Positions 10,369 to 19,756 of a stretch of DNA of 57,925 bases are shown one piece after another. A program made the position numbers and the translations under genes. Source of the stretch: a virus (lineage: Duplodnaviria; Caudoviricetes); the IMG/VR virus record IMGVR_UViG_3300009160_000051, positions 1-57,925 of that record; one strand, written 5' to 3'. The notes under the pieces were generated by a model, which was not told the DNA's origin, made no database searches, and saw only the letters and a list, made by a program, of their open reading frames with translations. The number at the start of each line of letters is the position of its first letter. Positions within the stretch are counted from its first letter, which is position 1.

Positions 10369-11256
10369 TTATCTGGCAGAACCAGATTTGTCATAAATAA
10401 ACTTACCTGACTGAATAGCAGCTACAATAGCCTCTTGGTACTTCTCGTATTCTGCTGAAGACATGCGTTCTACGTCAGATTCACGGAAAGTACCCTGTGC
10501 ATCTGAGGCATCAAAGCCTGTACGCTTAGCTCCCTTGATTTCCTTGGCAGCTTCTTTATCGTCAGACTTCTTAGCCTTCTTAGTACCGATACCCTTGTCT
10601 GCTTTATACAGATCAATGGCACGAGCAGCTGATACGGCATCTGCTTCATTAGCATATAGGGCATCCTGAATCCACTTAGGCTGCTCATCTACCCAGTCAT
10701 GAAACTCAGATTGCTCACGAATCTCATCAAAGTCTGGGTGCAAACGCATTAAATCTGCTTCTGCTTTTTCCCGTAGAGTCTGAGCTTGCATCTCATCAAG
10801 CTGTTTAAAACGCTCTTCAATGGAGGCATTCTGTTCTTTAGCCTTCTTGATGGCAATTGTTTCTACAATCTTAGCCACATCAGGGAACTCTTTTGCCCAC
10901 TTGTCTAACTCTTCTTCAGAGGTAGGTAGTCTCATTTGCTTAGCTGTAGATGACTGTAGTTGTTCTTGCAGTGCATCAATCTGCTTTTGCAGATCCGTCT
11001 GTTGCTTCTGAGTGTGCCTACGTAAATCTCCGTACCGCTTCTTAAAGCTTTTCTCTTCTGCACTTAGGTTAGAATCATCTTCTTCCCCTTCAGCCGTTGC
11101 TTTTTGGGCTACGTCTGTTGCCTGTGCAGCAGCAGTATTCTCTTCTGTTAACTTCTTTAATTCTTCTTCTTCTTGTTTGATCCGAGCTTCACTGGCATTA
11201 CGTGTTGCAAATCCAGACATGACTTTCTTAGGTGTTTCTACTTGTGTAAGTTCCAT
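10369..11256 (-). CDS. capsid scaffolding protein
   Basis: Acidic coiled coil, FKKRYGDLRRH, HPDF..I.....F..W and MS..EYEK motifs; upstream of MCP. Confidence 0.8.
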   Translation of the reverse strand: MELTQVETPKKVMSGFATRNASEARIKQEEEELKKLTEENTAAAQATDVAQKATAEGEEDDSNLSAEEKSFKKRYGDLRRHTQKQQTDLQKQIDALQEQLQSSTAKQMRLPTSEEELDKWAKEFPDVAKIVETIAIKKAKEQNASIEERFKQLDEMQAQTLREKAEADLMRLHPDFDEIREQSEFHDWVDEQPKWIQDALYANEADAVSAARAIDLYKADKGIGTKKAKKSDDKEAAKEIKGAKRTGFDASDAQGTFRESDVERMSSAEYEKYQEAIVAAIQSGKFIYDKSGSAR

Positions 11257-11327
11257 ACTTTCCTCGTTGTTGGGGCTAACAGTTGCCAGACTAGCTGGGG
11301 TATTAGGTAGCCATGATTAAGGGGGTA

Positions 11328-12680
11328 TTATGTTTTACGTACTGCTAGCCCCTTTCTGGCAGTAGCTTTCTTTTCTTTGGGTTTCTTGACTGTTTTACGA
11401 GGACCCATTAATGGCTTGTTACTATATTTTACCATAGTTGTAGAACTATTACCTATCAATCCACCCTCTGCTTTACCGATTGTTTCTGCTTCAGTATAGC
11501 CAGCAGGGATAGGTGCCTCTGGTTTGTTATCTTTAAATGGGATCAAGCGGCTATCACCTGTTGCATTTACAAACTTCTTAAGGTCATACTGAGATGGACT
11601 TACTGCAGTTAAGTCTACATTGGTAGTGCCCATTAAGTCACTACCATCCCCTGTGTTGCCATAGTCTATGCCTGTGTCCCCTGCATTTCTTTTCTGCCCA
11701 TACATGTTTGGATCATAGATAGGTGTTGGGAATACTTCATCAAGGATACTACTAGTAATTACTTTTGAGGCAAGCTTCTTACCTGCTTTTTCTAAGTCCG
11801 TATCTACTTGGATAGGTTTGTAGATCTCTCCCGGAGAGTAGGAGGCTGCAAGGTTTTGTGCAACAGCATCTTGACCGATACCTTGATTTGTTAATGTAGC
11901 AATATCTTGTGCTGCAAATTTATCAATTCCCTCACGAGACAGTGTGTCTGCCATCTGTGCATCACTAACTCCTCCGGACTGAGTACGTAAGCTTTCTGCC
12001 TGTGCTGCAGCGAACTCAGCATCTGCCTGAGCAGATGGAAGAGTAGGTTGACCAAAACCTAATTCACTCTTAAAAGCATCATAGCCTTGAGATACGCCTT
12101 GAGAAACACCTCCAGTAACACCGCCTACAACAGCACCTTTACCTGTGTTCTTTAGTACATCTTCAAAATTACCACCAGCAGCTACTGTTTTTGCAGCACC
12201 AGAAGCAGCACCCATAGTAGCACCCGCAGCTACAGCACCACCAAAGCCACCACCTGCAGCTTCAGAGATGCCGGGAGCAAACTGCCCACCTGCATAAGCA
12301 ATACCAAAAGAGGTTGCTATCTGTACAGGGCTACCCCCGTTAATAGCAGTATTAGCTGCAGCAATATAAGGAATGAGATAGTATTGTTGTGTAGCAATAG
12401 CAGCTACAGTAGCTACCGTACCTACGTCTACTTGTTGCAGTACCTCTTTATCAAACTTCTCACCAATATCCCCAAGAGCAGGACCGGGGTCTATCTTTGC
12501 TAGATCTTCACCTACTTGCTCTGTCCAGTTATCTGCTTTATCAAATGTATCACTTACAACATCAACAATATCAGATACTATAGGAATGCCGCCACCGCCA
12601 CCACCATACAGCTTAATCCTACCATTACCATAATGCTCAAACGCCCCCAGTGGGAGCATGCTGTCTAGGGTATATCTCAT
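11328..12680 (-). CDS. probable internal virion (ejection) protein, Gly/Ala-rich
   Basis: N-terminal leader ending in GGGGGG, glycine-zipper hydrophobic segments, basic C-terminal tail. Confidence 0.5.
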   Translation of the reverse strand: MRYTLDSMLPLGAFEHYGNGRIKLYGGGGGGIPIVSDIVDVVSDTFDKADNWTEQVGEDLAKIDPGPALGDIGEKFDKEVLQQVDVGTVATVAAIATQQYYLIPYIAAANTAINGGSPVQIATSFGIAYAGGQFAPGISEAAGGGFGGAVAAGATMGAASGAAKTVAAGGNFEDVLKNTGKGAVVGGVTGGVSQGVSQGYDAFKSELGFGQPTLPSAQADAEFAAAQAESLRTQSGGVSDAQMADTLSREGIDKFAAQDIATLTNQGIGQDAVAQNLAASYSPGEIYKPIQVDTDLEKAGKKLASKVITSSILDEVFPTPIYDPNMYGQKRNAGDTGIDYGNTGDGSDLMGTTNVDLTAVSPSQYDLKKFVNATGDSRLIPFKDNKPEAPIPAGYTEAETIGKAEGGLIGNSSTTMVKYSNKPLMGPRKTVKKPKEKKATARKGLAVRKT

Positions 12681-14071
12681 TTACCGATCTCCATAGTCCA
12701 GTTGAATGTACCGTTATCTTCTTGCACAGACATTGGATATTGTAATTTCTTAAGCATATTTAACAAACTTTGATTTGTAGTAGTAGACTGAATGCGGGTT
12801 GTTCCTACATTTTGTAAAGTTTGAATGCCTGCTTTGATAGAGTCCTGTAATTTCTTTGGGTCATCCTTGGTAAACAGATGCACTTGCATTGTAGTTGGGT
12901 CTACTGGTACACCAACAAAGACAGTGTCAGAGAATCTAGCTACTGCAGCTTTCTTTTGAGCAGCACGAATAGCTAATGCACGTAAGAATACGTCTGGTTT
13001 ACCTTTGTATCCTTCTGCAGCTAGACTGTCAGTAACAATTGTAGAAGAAGATAAACCTTCAGTAGAAGGATGCAACAAGGTCTGGTCTATATCTATCTTT
13101 CGATTCTGCATATTCTTTGCAGTCTCTTGAATCTTAGACATCTGTTCTGGAGTTAGGGTAGGTGATTCAGTCGGAATAGCTTCAGGTGTCTGTTGCATTG
13201 CAGGAGTAGCAGGTTGTTCTACAGGAGCTTGTTCCATAGGCATTACATCACCACCTACAGCCATCTTCCTATCTTCACCTTCCATCTCACTCATAATGTC
13301 ATCTAGCTCTGATTCAAACTCAGAAGTATCTTCTTCTTCTGAACCATCTTCACCATTAGACATCTGACCCATGTCTTCCATCTGCATCAAGCCCTTCTTA
13401 GCAGCTTGTCGCATTTGCATGAGTCTCTCTAAGCCAATGTATCTTACTACGTCAGCTGGAAATACAAATTCACCTTCACTTAATTGTGCAGGTACATCAT
13501 CTCTTACTTCTTCTTTCATAGCACCGACAGGTACTTTGTTGCCACTAACAGGATCGACTGTGCCACCTTCTTGTAGCATACCGCCTTCTTTGAGCATACG
13601 TTGTGTTTGTGATCTCACTTGTCCACCTTTAGCCATGCCTGCTTGTTCTTTAGTTACGCCTTCTTCATCAGGATTCTTACCCGTCTTACGCATGTAATCT
13701 TCTTTCCATGCTGTTGGGTGATCTTTTGATTTAAGCATTTCTCCTGTCTTTGGATCAGAAGAACCCCAGTGATACTTGTTGTTATCATAAGGATCTCGTT
13801 CAGGTCTTACTCCTGCCTTCCATGCTTTTCTATAGTCGTACTCAGCAATATTTAAATCTGGTTCTTCGCCATACTCTTTTTTGTATTCTTTAAACCAGCC
13901 AGTTTCTCTGATGCCTTTTTGAAATTCTGCTTCTTCTTTACTGATTACAGCACCACCTGCCTGAAAAGTAGGCATCTTAATCATAGAAGAAGTAGGCTGC
14001 TGATGACCAATAGGTTCAGAGCTATCCAGTGTTACCTGCTGCATGTCTATCTTATTCAGCATTGACTTCAT
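12677..14071 (-). CDS. multidomain head-module protein with DVPA.LSEGEFV domain
   Basis: Between portal and scaffold; five hydrophobic-x-x-GG motifs; DDVPAQLSEGEFVFPADVV segment. Confidence 0.6.
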   Translation of the reverse strand: MKSMLNKIDMQQVTLDSSEPIGHQQPTSSMIKMPTFQAGGAVISKEEAEFQKGIRETGWFKEYKKEYGEEPDLNIAEYDYRKAWKAGVRPERDPYDNNKYHWGSSDPKTGEMLKSKDHPTAWKEDYMRKTGKNPDEEGVTKEQAGMAKGGQVRSQTQRMLKEGGMLQEGGTVDPVSGNKVPVGAMKEEVRDDVPAQLSEGEFVFPADVVRYIGLERLMQMRQAAKKGLMQMEDMGQMSNGEDGSEEEDTSEFESELDDIMSEMEGEDRKMAVGGDVMPMEQAPVEQPATPAMQQTPEAIPTESPTLTPEQMSKIQETAKNMQNRKIDIDQTLLHPSTEGLSSSTIVTDSLAAEGYKGKPDVFLRALAIRAAQKKAAVARFSDTVFVGVPVDPTTMQVHLFTKDDPKKLQDSIKAGIQTLQNVGTTRIQSTTTNQSLLNMLKKLQYPMSVQEDNGTFNWTMEIGK

Positions 14072-14279
14072 CCCTTAAGTACTTCAATTGACGTAGGGCA
14101 TGGATAGCCCCTTGTGCTTTATGCAATTCAACCATGTCAGCTGATTGCTCTAGCTTCTTTTGATACAGTTCAATATAAAAATCAAGGGACTCTGTGTAAG
14201 CATCCCATTGAGTCTTAGTATTTACAAACCCCTTAAGCTTGGGGAGGAACGGCTTGTTGTTGAGCTTGAGGTTGGACAT
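14052..14279 (-). CDS. small protein downstream of portal
   Basis: 75 aa with an AQG.I..LR.L..LRD helix, a pattern common after podovirus portal genes; start uncertain (overlaps portal end). Confidence 0.6.
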   Translation of the reverse strand: MSNLKLNNKPFLPKLKGFVNTKTQWDAYTESLDFYIELYQKKLEQSADMVELHKAQGAIHALRQLKYLRDEVNAE

Positions 14280-16338
14280 TACCTGTGAATCCTTGTTCTT
14301 GTGGAGATGGGACTTGACCTATGCCGATGTTACCACCGCCTGTGCCTGCTGTATCTGATACACCCGGTACTGCTGGTGGACCACCTGCTGGTGCCATTGG
14401 TGCTGGAGGTTGCCCTTGTTGCATTAAAGCTGCTTGACGAGTTGCCTCATCTAAACTGTTAGTCACCTTGTCTGGATCAAGATCCATTGACTTAGCAATC
14501 TCACGAATGATGTAAGGGAACTTAGCGTATGGTGCAAGTGCAGGAGAGCTAGCTACTTGAACAAACTGCATCAAGCGTTGACTACGTACTTCATTAGCCA
14601 TCAAGCTTTCTGTACCACGAGCTTTAACTTCTAAGTCACCACGAGCATCTGGATCAAAGTCAAACTGCATGTTAAAGCTAAAGAATGCTTCACCTAGTGG
14701 ACGGAGTAAGTAGTCATCTACGTTCTTGATAACAGTCTTGATACCACCTGCAGCTGCATTCATTAGCATGCTGATACCACTGGCAGTACGACCTACTCCT
14801 GCTACACCTGTCTGACCATGTGCAAAGGAAGGCATACCTGTAGATTCATCTGCAAGTACACGAGCCTTATCAAATAACTGTAGGTTCTCTTGAGATACGT
14901 TAGGGAACTTAGTACCAAAGATAGCCTGACCGGGTGCTCCACCTTGTCTACGGAATACTTTGCCGGGGTAGACAGATAAGTCTTGACCGGGAGTTAAGTT
15001 GGTTTCATCAACTTCAAATACAAGGTTGCCAGATAAGACCGCATTATCTACCGCCATACGCATGAAACCGTTCATTAAGGTCTGGGTATCGTCCATGTTT
15101 TCTGCGATACCTATGCCAAACATAGAGTAGGGGTTTAGTTCGTAGGGGACAGCATAATACGGGATCTTAGCTGGCTTAAAGGGATTCAATACCATGCGAA
15201 GAATACGACCATTACAATACCAGATGTTGGCTTGTAACTCATCAGCAATAGCTAATTCTTTAGGGATCTTAACATCATTCTGTTCTAGTAACTCACGCTC
15301 TACTGAACCCCAGTACTCTAATACTTCAAAGCGATCAATGCCTTCGCTTACTTGGTAATCATTTAAATCATCTTCCCAGTACTTCTTAACATAAGATTCA
15401 CCACGAGAGATGACATCATCAATAACTTTACTACGGAAGAAAGGACGTTTCTTTAAAGCACGTACTTGACTACGAGACATCTTGTGTCTCTCGATAATGT
15501 ACTGTGACTCATCCATGTTAGTAGCATCAGGATCAGGATAGAAATTCCAGATACTTACATGTGATGTGGATGGTACTGTCTTGATGGTAGGGGTGTAATC
15601 ACCACCTTCATTCCAGTTAGCATACTCTTTATCAATAGCAAAAGGACCCTTCATGATACCTGTACCAAAGAGTGCCATCTCAAAAGCTGTAGATCTTAGC
15701 TGCTTACTTGCATTGCTTTCTTCAAGCTGATCTTTAATCTTCTTCTCCATCTTCTTAGCAGCAACCATAGCTGGGCTAAAGGTAGCAGAAGAAGGCGTTA
15801 GACCGGGACCTGAGTTAAGGTTATCTATGCCTGACAGTTCATCAGTAAGAGGACCTAGTCTATCTTGAAGTGTCTTGTATGTAGCACCGGGAGGTAGATC
15901 TTTACCATCGCCTTTGTATCCGTAAGGAGAAAAGTCAGGAGAAGCTTCACGAACTTTAGCTTCATTCATATCAAAGCTAACGTCTTCTTCTACACCTTCA
16001 GGTAATGTAGTAGGATCTACGCTGATAGGGAAACTGTTGTTAGAGAACAGTACATCAATAATCTGACCATAGGCAGCTAGAGTCTTAGTCTTAGTTACCT
16101 TGATAAAGACACGGCTCTTCTCTGTCTCTGTGAATTGGACATCAGGACCATACAAGCCACGATAGTTACGATAGGCACGAAGCCATCTCTCTTCATCGTT
16201 ACGTCTTGCAGTCTCAGCCTTAGTGTACTTATCCATCAATAACTGTACGATAGGACCAGCTACTGCATCCTCTTCGTTGATGTTAGACACATCACCTAAG
16301 TTAATTGACTCGTCTTCTAGGAACTTTTTTTCTATCAT
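14233..16338 (-). CDS. portal (head-tail connector) protein
   Basis: 701 aa directly after TerL; RWLRAYRNYRG.Y, FYPDP, G.RTASG.SML motifs. Confidence 0.9.
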   Translation of the reverse strand: MIEKKFLEDESINLGDVSNINEEDAVAGPIVQLLMDKYTKAETARRNDEERWLRAYRNYRGLYGPDVQFTETEKSRVFIKVTKTKTLAAYGQIIDVLFSNNSFPISVDPTTLPEGVEEDVSFDMNEAKVREASPDFSPYGYKGDGKDLPPGATYKTLQDRLGPLTDELSGIDNLNSGPGLTPSSATFSPAMVAAKKMEKKIKDQLEESNASKQLRSTAFEMALFGTGIMKGPFAIDKEYANWNEGGDYTPTIKTVPSTSHVSIWNFYPDPDATNMDESQYIIERHKMSRSQVRALKKRPFFRSKVIDDVISRGESYVKKYWEDDLNDYQVSEGIDRFEVLEYWGSVERELLEQNDVKIPKELAIADELQANIWYCNGRILRMVLNPFKPAKIPYYAVPYELNPYSMFGIGIAENMDDTQTLMNGFMRMAVDNAVLSGNLVFEVDETNLTPGQDLSVYPGKVFRRQGGAPGQAIFGTKFPNVSQENLQLFDKARVLADESTGMPSFAHGQTGVAGVGRTASGISMLMNAAAGGIKTVIKNVDDYLLRPLGEAFFSFNMQFDFDPDARGDLEVKARGTESLMANEVRSQRLMQFVQVASSPALAPYAKFPYIIREIAKSMDLDPDKVTNSLDEATRQAALMQQGQPPAPMAPAGGPPAVPGVSDTAGTGGGNIGIGQVPSPQEQGFTGNVQPQAQQQAVPPQA

Positions 16339-16347
16339 TCTTTACCT

Positions 16348-17922
16348 TCAATATCCAAATGTTGGATCAGCTACCGTTATTCCAGATTTCTGGTGCATCG
16401 GATTAAAATCAAATAAGCTACTTCTAGGTCTACTCATTATACCGTAACGCATAGCATCGTAGAGGTGATCCTCTGACTTCGTATCAATATCCTCTGGATT
16501 GTGTTTATCCAAAGGCAGGATAGGAAGTTGTGCAATTAGATTAGTACAGTTGCTAGTTATAACCAGTCTTGGCTCTTCTGTAAAGTCATCTACCTGTAAT
16601 CGTCTATGTATTTCATTCTTACCTGCTACACGACTACCAGCACTACGGTCTGATGGTCGCCATCTACACCCTTGCATGATCATTTGCTCTGCAAGTGATG
16701 GACCTGTATCACCACGCTTGTGCCAACAGGAACTATCCAGTACACCATAGCGAATAGTCCCATCATTCTGCTCAGCTTCTAGTACTTTTACTGCTAAATC
16801 CTTGGCAAGTACCTTACTAACGTACAATTCCCTGTAGATTACCAGCTGTTCGCTAGGACTTACAGCAAACCAGACAACGGCTGAGTAAGAACCGTAACCA
16901 TAGTCACACGCTCTGAACTTAACCCAGTTTTTAGGTATGTCCATCGGGTCAATAACATGAATCTGACGGTTAAACTCTGGAAAAGCTGCACCTTCTGATA
17001 CATCCCAGTTACCTTCCAACAATTGCTTACGTTGATGCTCTGGTAAAGAGAGAAGCATCGTCTCATAATCACCCTGATCAGCAAGATACGGGTTATCTGT
17101 CAGCATTGCAGGTATAAACCTACGCTTAAACAGGGGTTGACCATCCTTACTATGACCTTTAGGGTAGGCTAATGTTTGCCCTGTCTCAATATCTGTAGCC
17201 CAAAACGCTTTTCCTGCAGGTGATGGGTCAATAAACATCTTTTTAACCCATGCATGACCCGGTCCACCGGGGTTAGTTGTAGCTCTCATGAAGATTGGTA
17301 GGTCTGGAGCAGTACTACGTAGACGAGAACGCATATAGTTCCACGCAAATGGGGTAGACCACTGCGTTAACTCGTCAAATCCTACCCAACTAAACGCTAA
17401 ACCTTGGTATCTGAGTACGTCTTCGTCTCTATCAAGGTATGAAAACCACAATCTAGCCCCACTTGGAGCTACCCACTGCATCTTTCTTTCTGACCACTTG
17501 ATACCCGGATAGATCTTCGGGTACATTTCCTGTGATTTCCAGATTAATTCTCGAAGTTCTTCAGTAGTATGACGTAACAGAAGACCGCTAAAAGCATTAT
17601 GCCCCATATATCGTAGGGGGTCAGCAAGCATAGCATAAGATTTTCCTCCTCCTGCTGCACCTCCGTACAATACTTCACGTTCTGGTGCTGCTAAAAAGTA
17701 AGTCTGTGGTCCTACATTCGGTTTAAAGATAATGTTCTGACCTTCTAAGTCAGTAATATGCATTATCTCTTCTTCTTCACTTGACTGCATCAGCTGTATC
17801 GGTGCTGGTGTCTCTTTTACTTCCGAGTCTTTGTTCGAGCTTCTCCGCTTCTTCAATCGCTTTTTTGTACCTTGTAGCCCATCCTCTGAGCGTAGAAGCT
17901 TTTGTCTTGTTTCGCTGCTCAT
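16348..17922 (-). CDS. terL: terminase large subunit
   Basis: Walker A YGGAAGGGKS, Walker B WVGFDE, TTNPGG, nuclease DYGY and DHLYDA.RY; true start may be 17790 or 17763. Confidence 0.95.
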   Translation of the reverse strand: MSSETRQKLLRSEDGLQGTKKRLKKRRSSNKDSEVKETPAPIQLMQSSEEEEIMHITDLEGQNIIFKPNVGPQTYFLAAPEREVLYGGAAGGGKSYAMLADPLRYMGHNAFSGLLLRHTTEELRELIWKSQEMYPKIYPGIKWSERKMQWVAPSGARLWFSYLDRDEDVLRYQGLAFSWVGFDELTQWSTPFAWNYMRSRLRSTAPDLPIFMRATTNPGGPGHAWVKKMFIDPSPAGKAFWATDIETGQTLAYPKGHSKDGQPLFKRRFIPAMLTDNPYLADQGDYETMLLSLPEHQRKQLLEGNWDVSEGAAFPEFNRQIHVIDPMDIPKNWVKFRACDYGYGSYSAVVWFAVSPSEQLVIYRELYVSKVLAKDLAVKVLEAEQNDGTIRYGVLDSSCWHKRGDTGPSLAEQMIMQGCRWRPSDRSAGSRVAGKNEIHRRLQVDDFTEEPRLVITSNCTNLIAQLPILPLDKHNPEDIDTKSEDHLYDAMRYGIMSRPRSSLFDFNPMHQKSGITVADPTFGY

Positions 17923-18208
17923 TTTTTATTCTTTTTAGTAATCCAGCGTGTGATATCTCTCTGCCTGTTATCTTGGTTAACCATGCTGCCACTTGCCTAG
18001 ACGGATATTGCTTTAAGTATTTCTTTGCTTGCTCTAGTGATTCTAATTCCAAAGGAATGGGATCTAACATTGTCTCATCTGTCTCGGATACTTTGTACCC
18101 AAAAGGTACCCATATCTTAGCAATCCTTGGGATTGAAACATATTCCCCAGTACTCTTAGCTTCTTCAGGCTGGGGTAGTATCCACTTTCCAACCGCAGCA
18201 CGTACCAT
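17777..18208 (-). CDS. DNA-binding-like protein upstream of TerL
   Basis: IPRI...PFGY...P.P.ELE.L...R.VAAWL HTH-like segment. Confidence 0.6.
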   Translation of the reverse strand: MVRAAVGKWILPQPEEAKSTGEYVSIPRIAKIWVPFGYKVSETDETMLDPIPLELESLEQAKKYLKQYPSRQVAAWLTKITGREISHAGLLKRIKNEQRNKTKASTLRGWATRYKKAIEEAEKLEQRLGSKRDTSTDTADAVK

Positions 18209-18210
18209 AG

Positions 18211-18585
18211 TTAATCTTGTTCAGGTTCTTTTTCTTTAGGTGGAAGAATCATTAAACCGTTAGTAGCTTCGACTTGTACCTTCTCTGTCTTAACTAAACC
18301 TACACGATCTAAAAGATCCTTAGCTGCTGACAGTTTATCACGTAATCCTAATTCTGTTGGGTCTACCATGCCAGATACAATTGACATAGCAGCACGAGGA
18401 GCATTACGTGCCATGTATAGTTGAGTACGTTCCATGATCTCATCTTTAAGTCCTTTAATGATTTCAGAAGTAGGACTATTGGCTGAGTAGCCAGCTAGTT
18501 CTTTTGCACGTACAACATCTCCATGAGCTTGTTCAAATAGAACCTCAAGGAACATAGACTGTTTTTCTGTTAGCTCTCTTGCCAT
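18211..18585 (-). CDS. terS: probable terminase small subunit
   Basis: LTEKQ..FL....A..AGYS N-terminal HTH typical of TerS; upstream of TerL. Confidence 0.6.
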   Translation of the reverse strand: MARELTEKQSMFLEVLFEQAHGDVVRAKELAGYSANSPTSEIIKGLKDEIMERTQLYMARNAPRAAMSIVSGMVDPTELGLRDKLSAAKDLLDRVGLVKTEKVQVEATNGLMILPPKEKEPEQD

Positions 18586-18986
18586 TAGTCTTCTTCACTT
18601 TCATATTCTTTACGTTCCCATGCTTGGCATACACGTAAGTTATGGCAGATAAAATCAAACTTAGTACACCAACCCTTACCGCCACCATCTGCATCGAAAT
18701 GATTAAAAGGAACACTCTCCATTGCTTCTTGTTGTTCTGGTGTATTATCAAAGTACTCACAGTTAGCACATAGCATACGTCTTGCTTCTGGTTCTTCTAC
18801 ACCCCAGATATCTGCCATCATGACCCAGTACTCTTTATTATCTCCGGGTTTGGGAGAAGCTACTTCAGGACCTAGATTCCAATCCTTAATAGTTTTTTCT
18901 AGATTTATTTTATTTTGCTTTGGATCTACAGAGGGAATTACCTCATAGCAACAATCCATCTCGGGGGACATTAGACCTTTTTTCAT
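18585..18986 (-). CDS. Cys-rich putative metal-binding protein
   Basis: CANC...WC....C....C..W motif. Confidence 0.55.
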   Translation of the reverse strand: MKKGLMSPEMDCCYEVIPSVDPKQNKINLEKTIKDWNLGPEVASPKPGDNKEYWVMMADIWGVEEPEARRMLCANCEYFDNTPEQQEAMESVPFNHFDADGGGKGWCTKFDFICHNLRVCQAWERKEYESEED

Positions 18987-19234
18987 ACTGTTTTCCTAAA
19001 TGGTTTGACCTTCTTTGCTACTGTCTTTGGCTGGGCTACAAACTGCTTACCAGCTTTAGTACCCTCACGCTTAGCCTTAGTTGTTGCTGCGTATTCTGCA
19101 GAGCTTAATGCCTTAATTGCTTTCTCAGGTAAGTAACGCTCCCCTGTCTCAGAAGACTTCTTACCAGACTTAGTAGTCCACTTTTGTTTACCCCAAGCCT
19201 TTAAGGATTCCTGTGGTTTCTTTAGTGCACTCAC
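18983..19234 (-). CDS. small basic protein (DUF5872-like)
   Basis: SLK.W.KQKW.TKSGK.S..TGERYLP.KAI motif; GTG start. Confidence 0.65.
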   Translation of the reverse strand: MSALKKPQESLKAWGKQKWTTKSGKKSSETGERYLPEKAIKALSSAEYAATTKAKREGTKAGKQFVAQPKTVAKKVKPFRKTV

Positions 19235-19416
19235 TTGTATCCTCCACCAGCAGCTTTATACTTCTTAGCTACTAGCTGTGCTTTTCTAGCAGACCACTCT
19301 CCAGCACCAGTTCCCTGCGTAGCTGAAGACTTTACTGCTGACACAATACGCTTGCGTAGTTCAGGCTTTGTGTAGTTACATGCAGCATTAACGGTTGATT
19401 TCTTTTTAGTTGCCAT
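19231..19416 (-). CDS. small basic protein
   Basis: YTKP.LRKRI...WSARKAQL..K.YK..GGGYK. Confidence 0.65.
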   Translation of the reverse strand: MATKKKSTVNAACNYTKPELRKRIVSAVKSSATQGTGAGEWSARKAQLVAKKYKAAGGGYK

Positions 19417-19418
19417 AG

Positions 19419-19751
19419 TTATAGAGCCGTAGCGAAGTCTTCAAATAGTTTAATTGTTACTGTAACACTAGAATCAACACTAGCTAACCCACGAATCTGA
19501 TCGGTTGCAATAAGATACAAAGGTTCTTCAATTTGTAATACACTATTAGGTACTAGTACCGTATCTTTCATAATGTAGTACCAAGTGGTATTGACAGAGT
19601 CATACCATTCAATTGAGACTTGTTTAGAAGAACTTGTAGTGTTAGCTACAATAATACTAGTAACTGCAGAATTCCATCTTGTAGGTACTGTGTAGATATC
19701 GCTGTTAGATGTCGTTAAGACTTTTCCAAGTGTTCTATTTTTAGTTGGCAT
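19419..19751 (-). CDS. small virion structural protein
   Basis: beta-rich, YT.P...I.VAN pattern similar to 3692..4018. Confidence 0.55.
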   Translation of the reverse strand: MPTKNRTLGKVLTTSNSDIYTVPTRWNSAVTSIIVANTTSSSKQVSIEWYDSVNTTWYYIMKDTVLVPNSVLQIEEPLYLIATDQIRGLASVDSSVTVTIKLFEDFATAL

Positions 19752-19756
19752 AGTCT

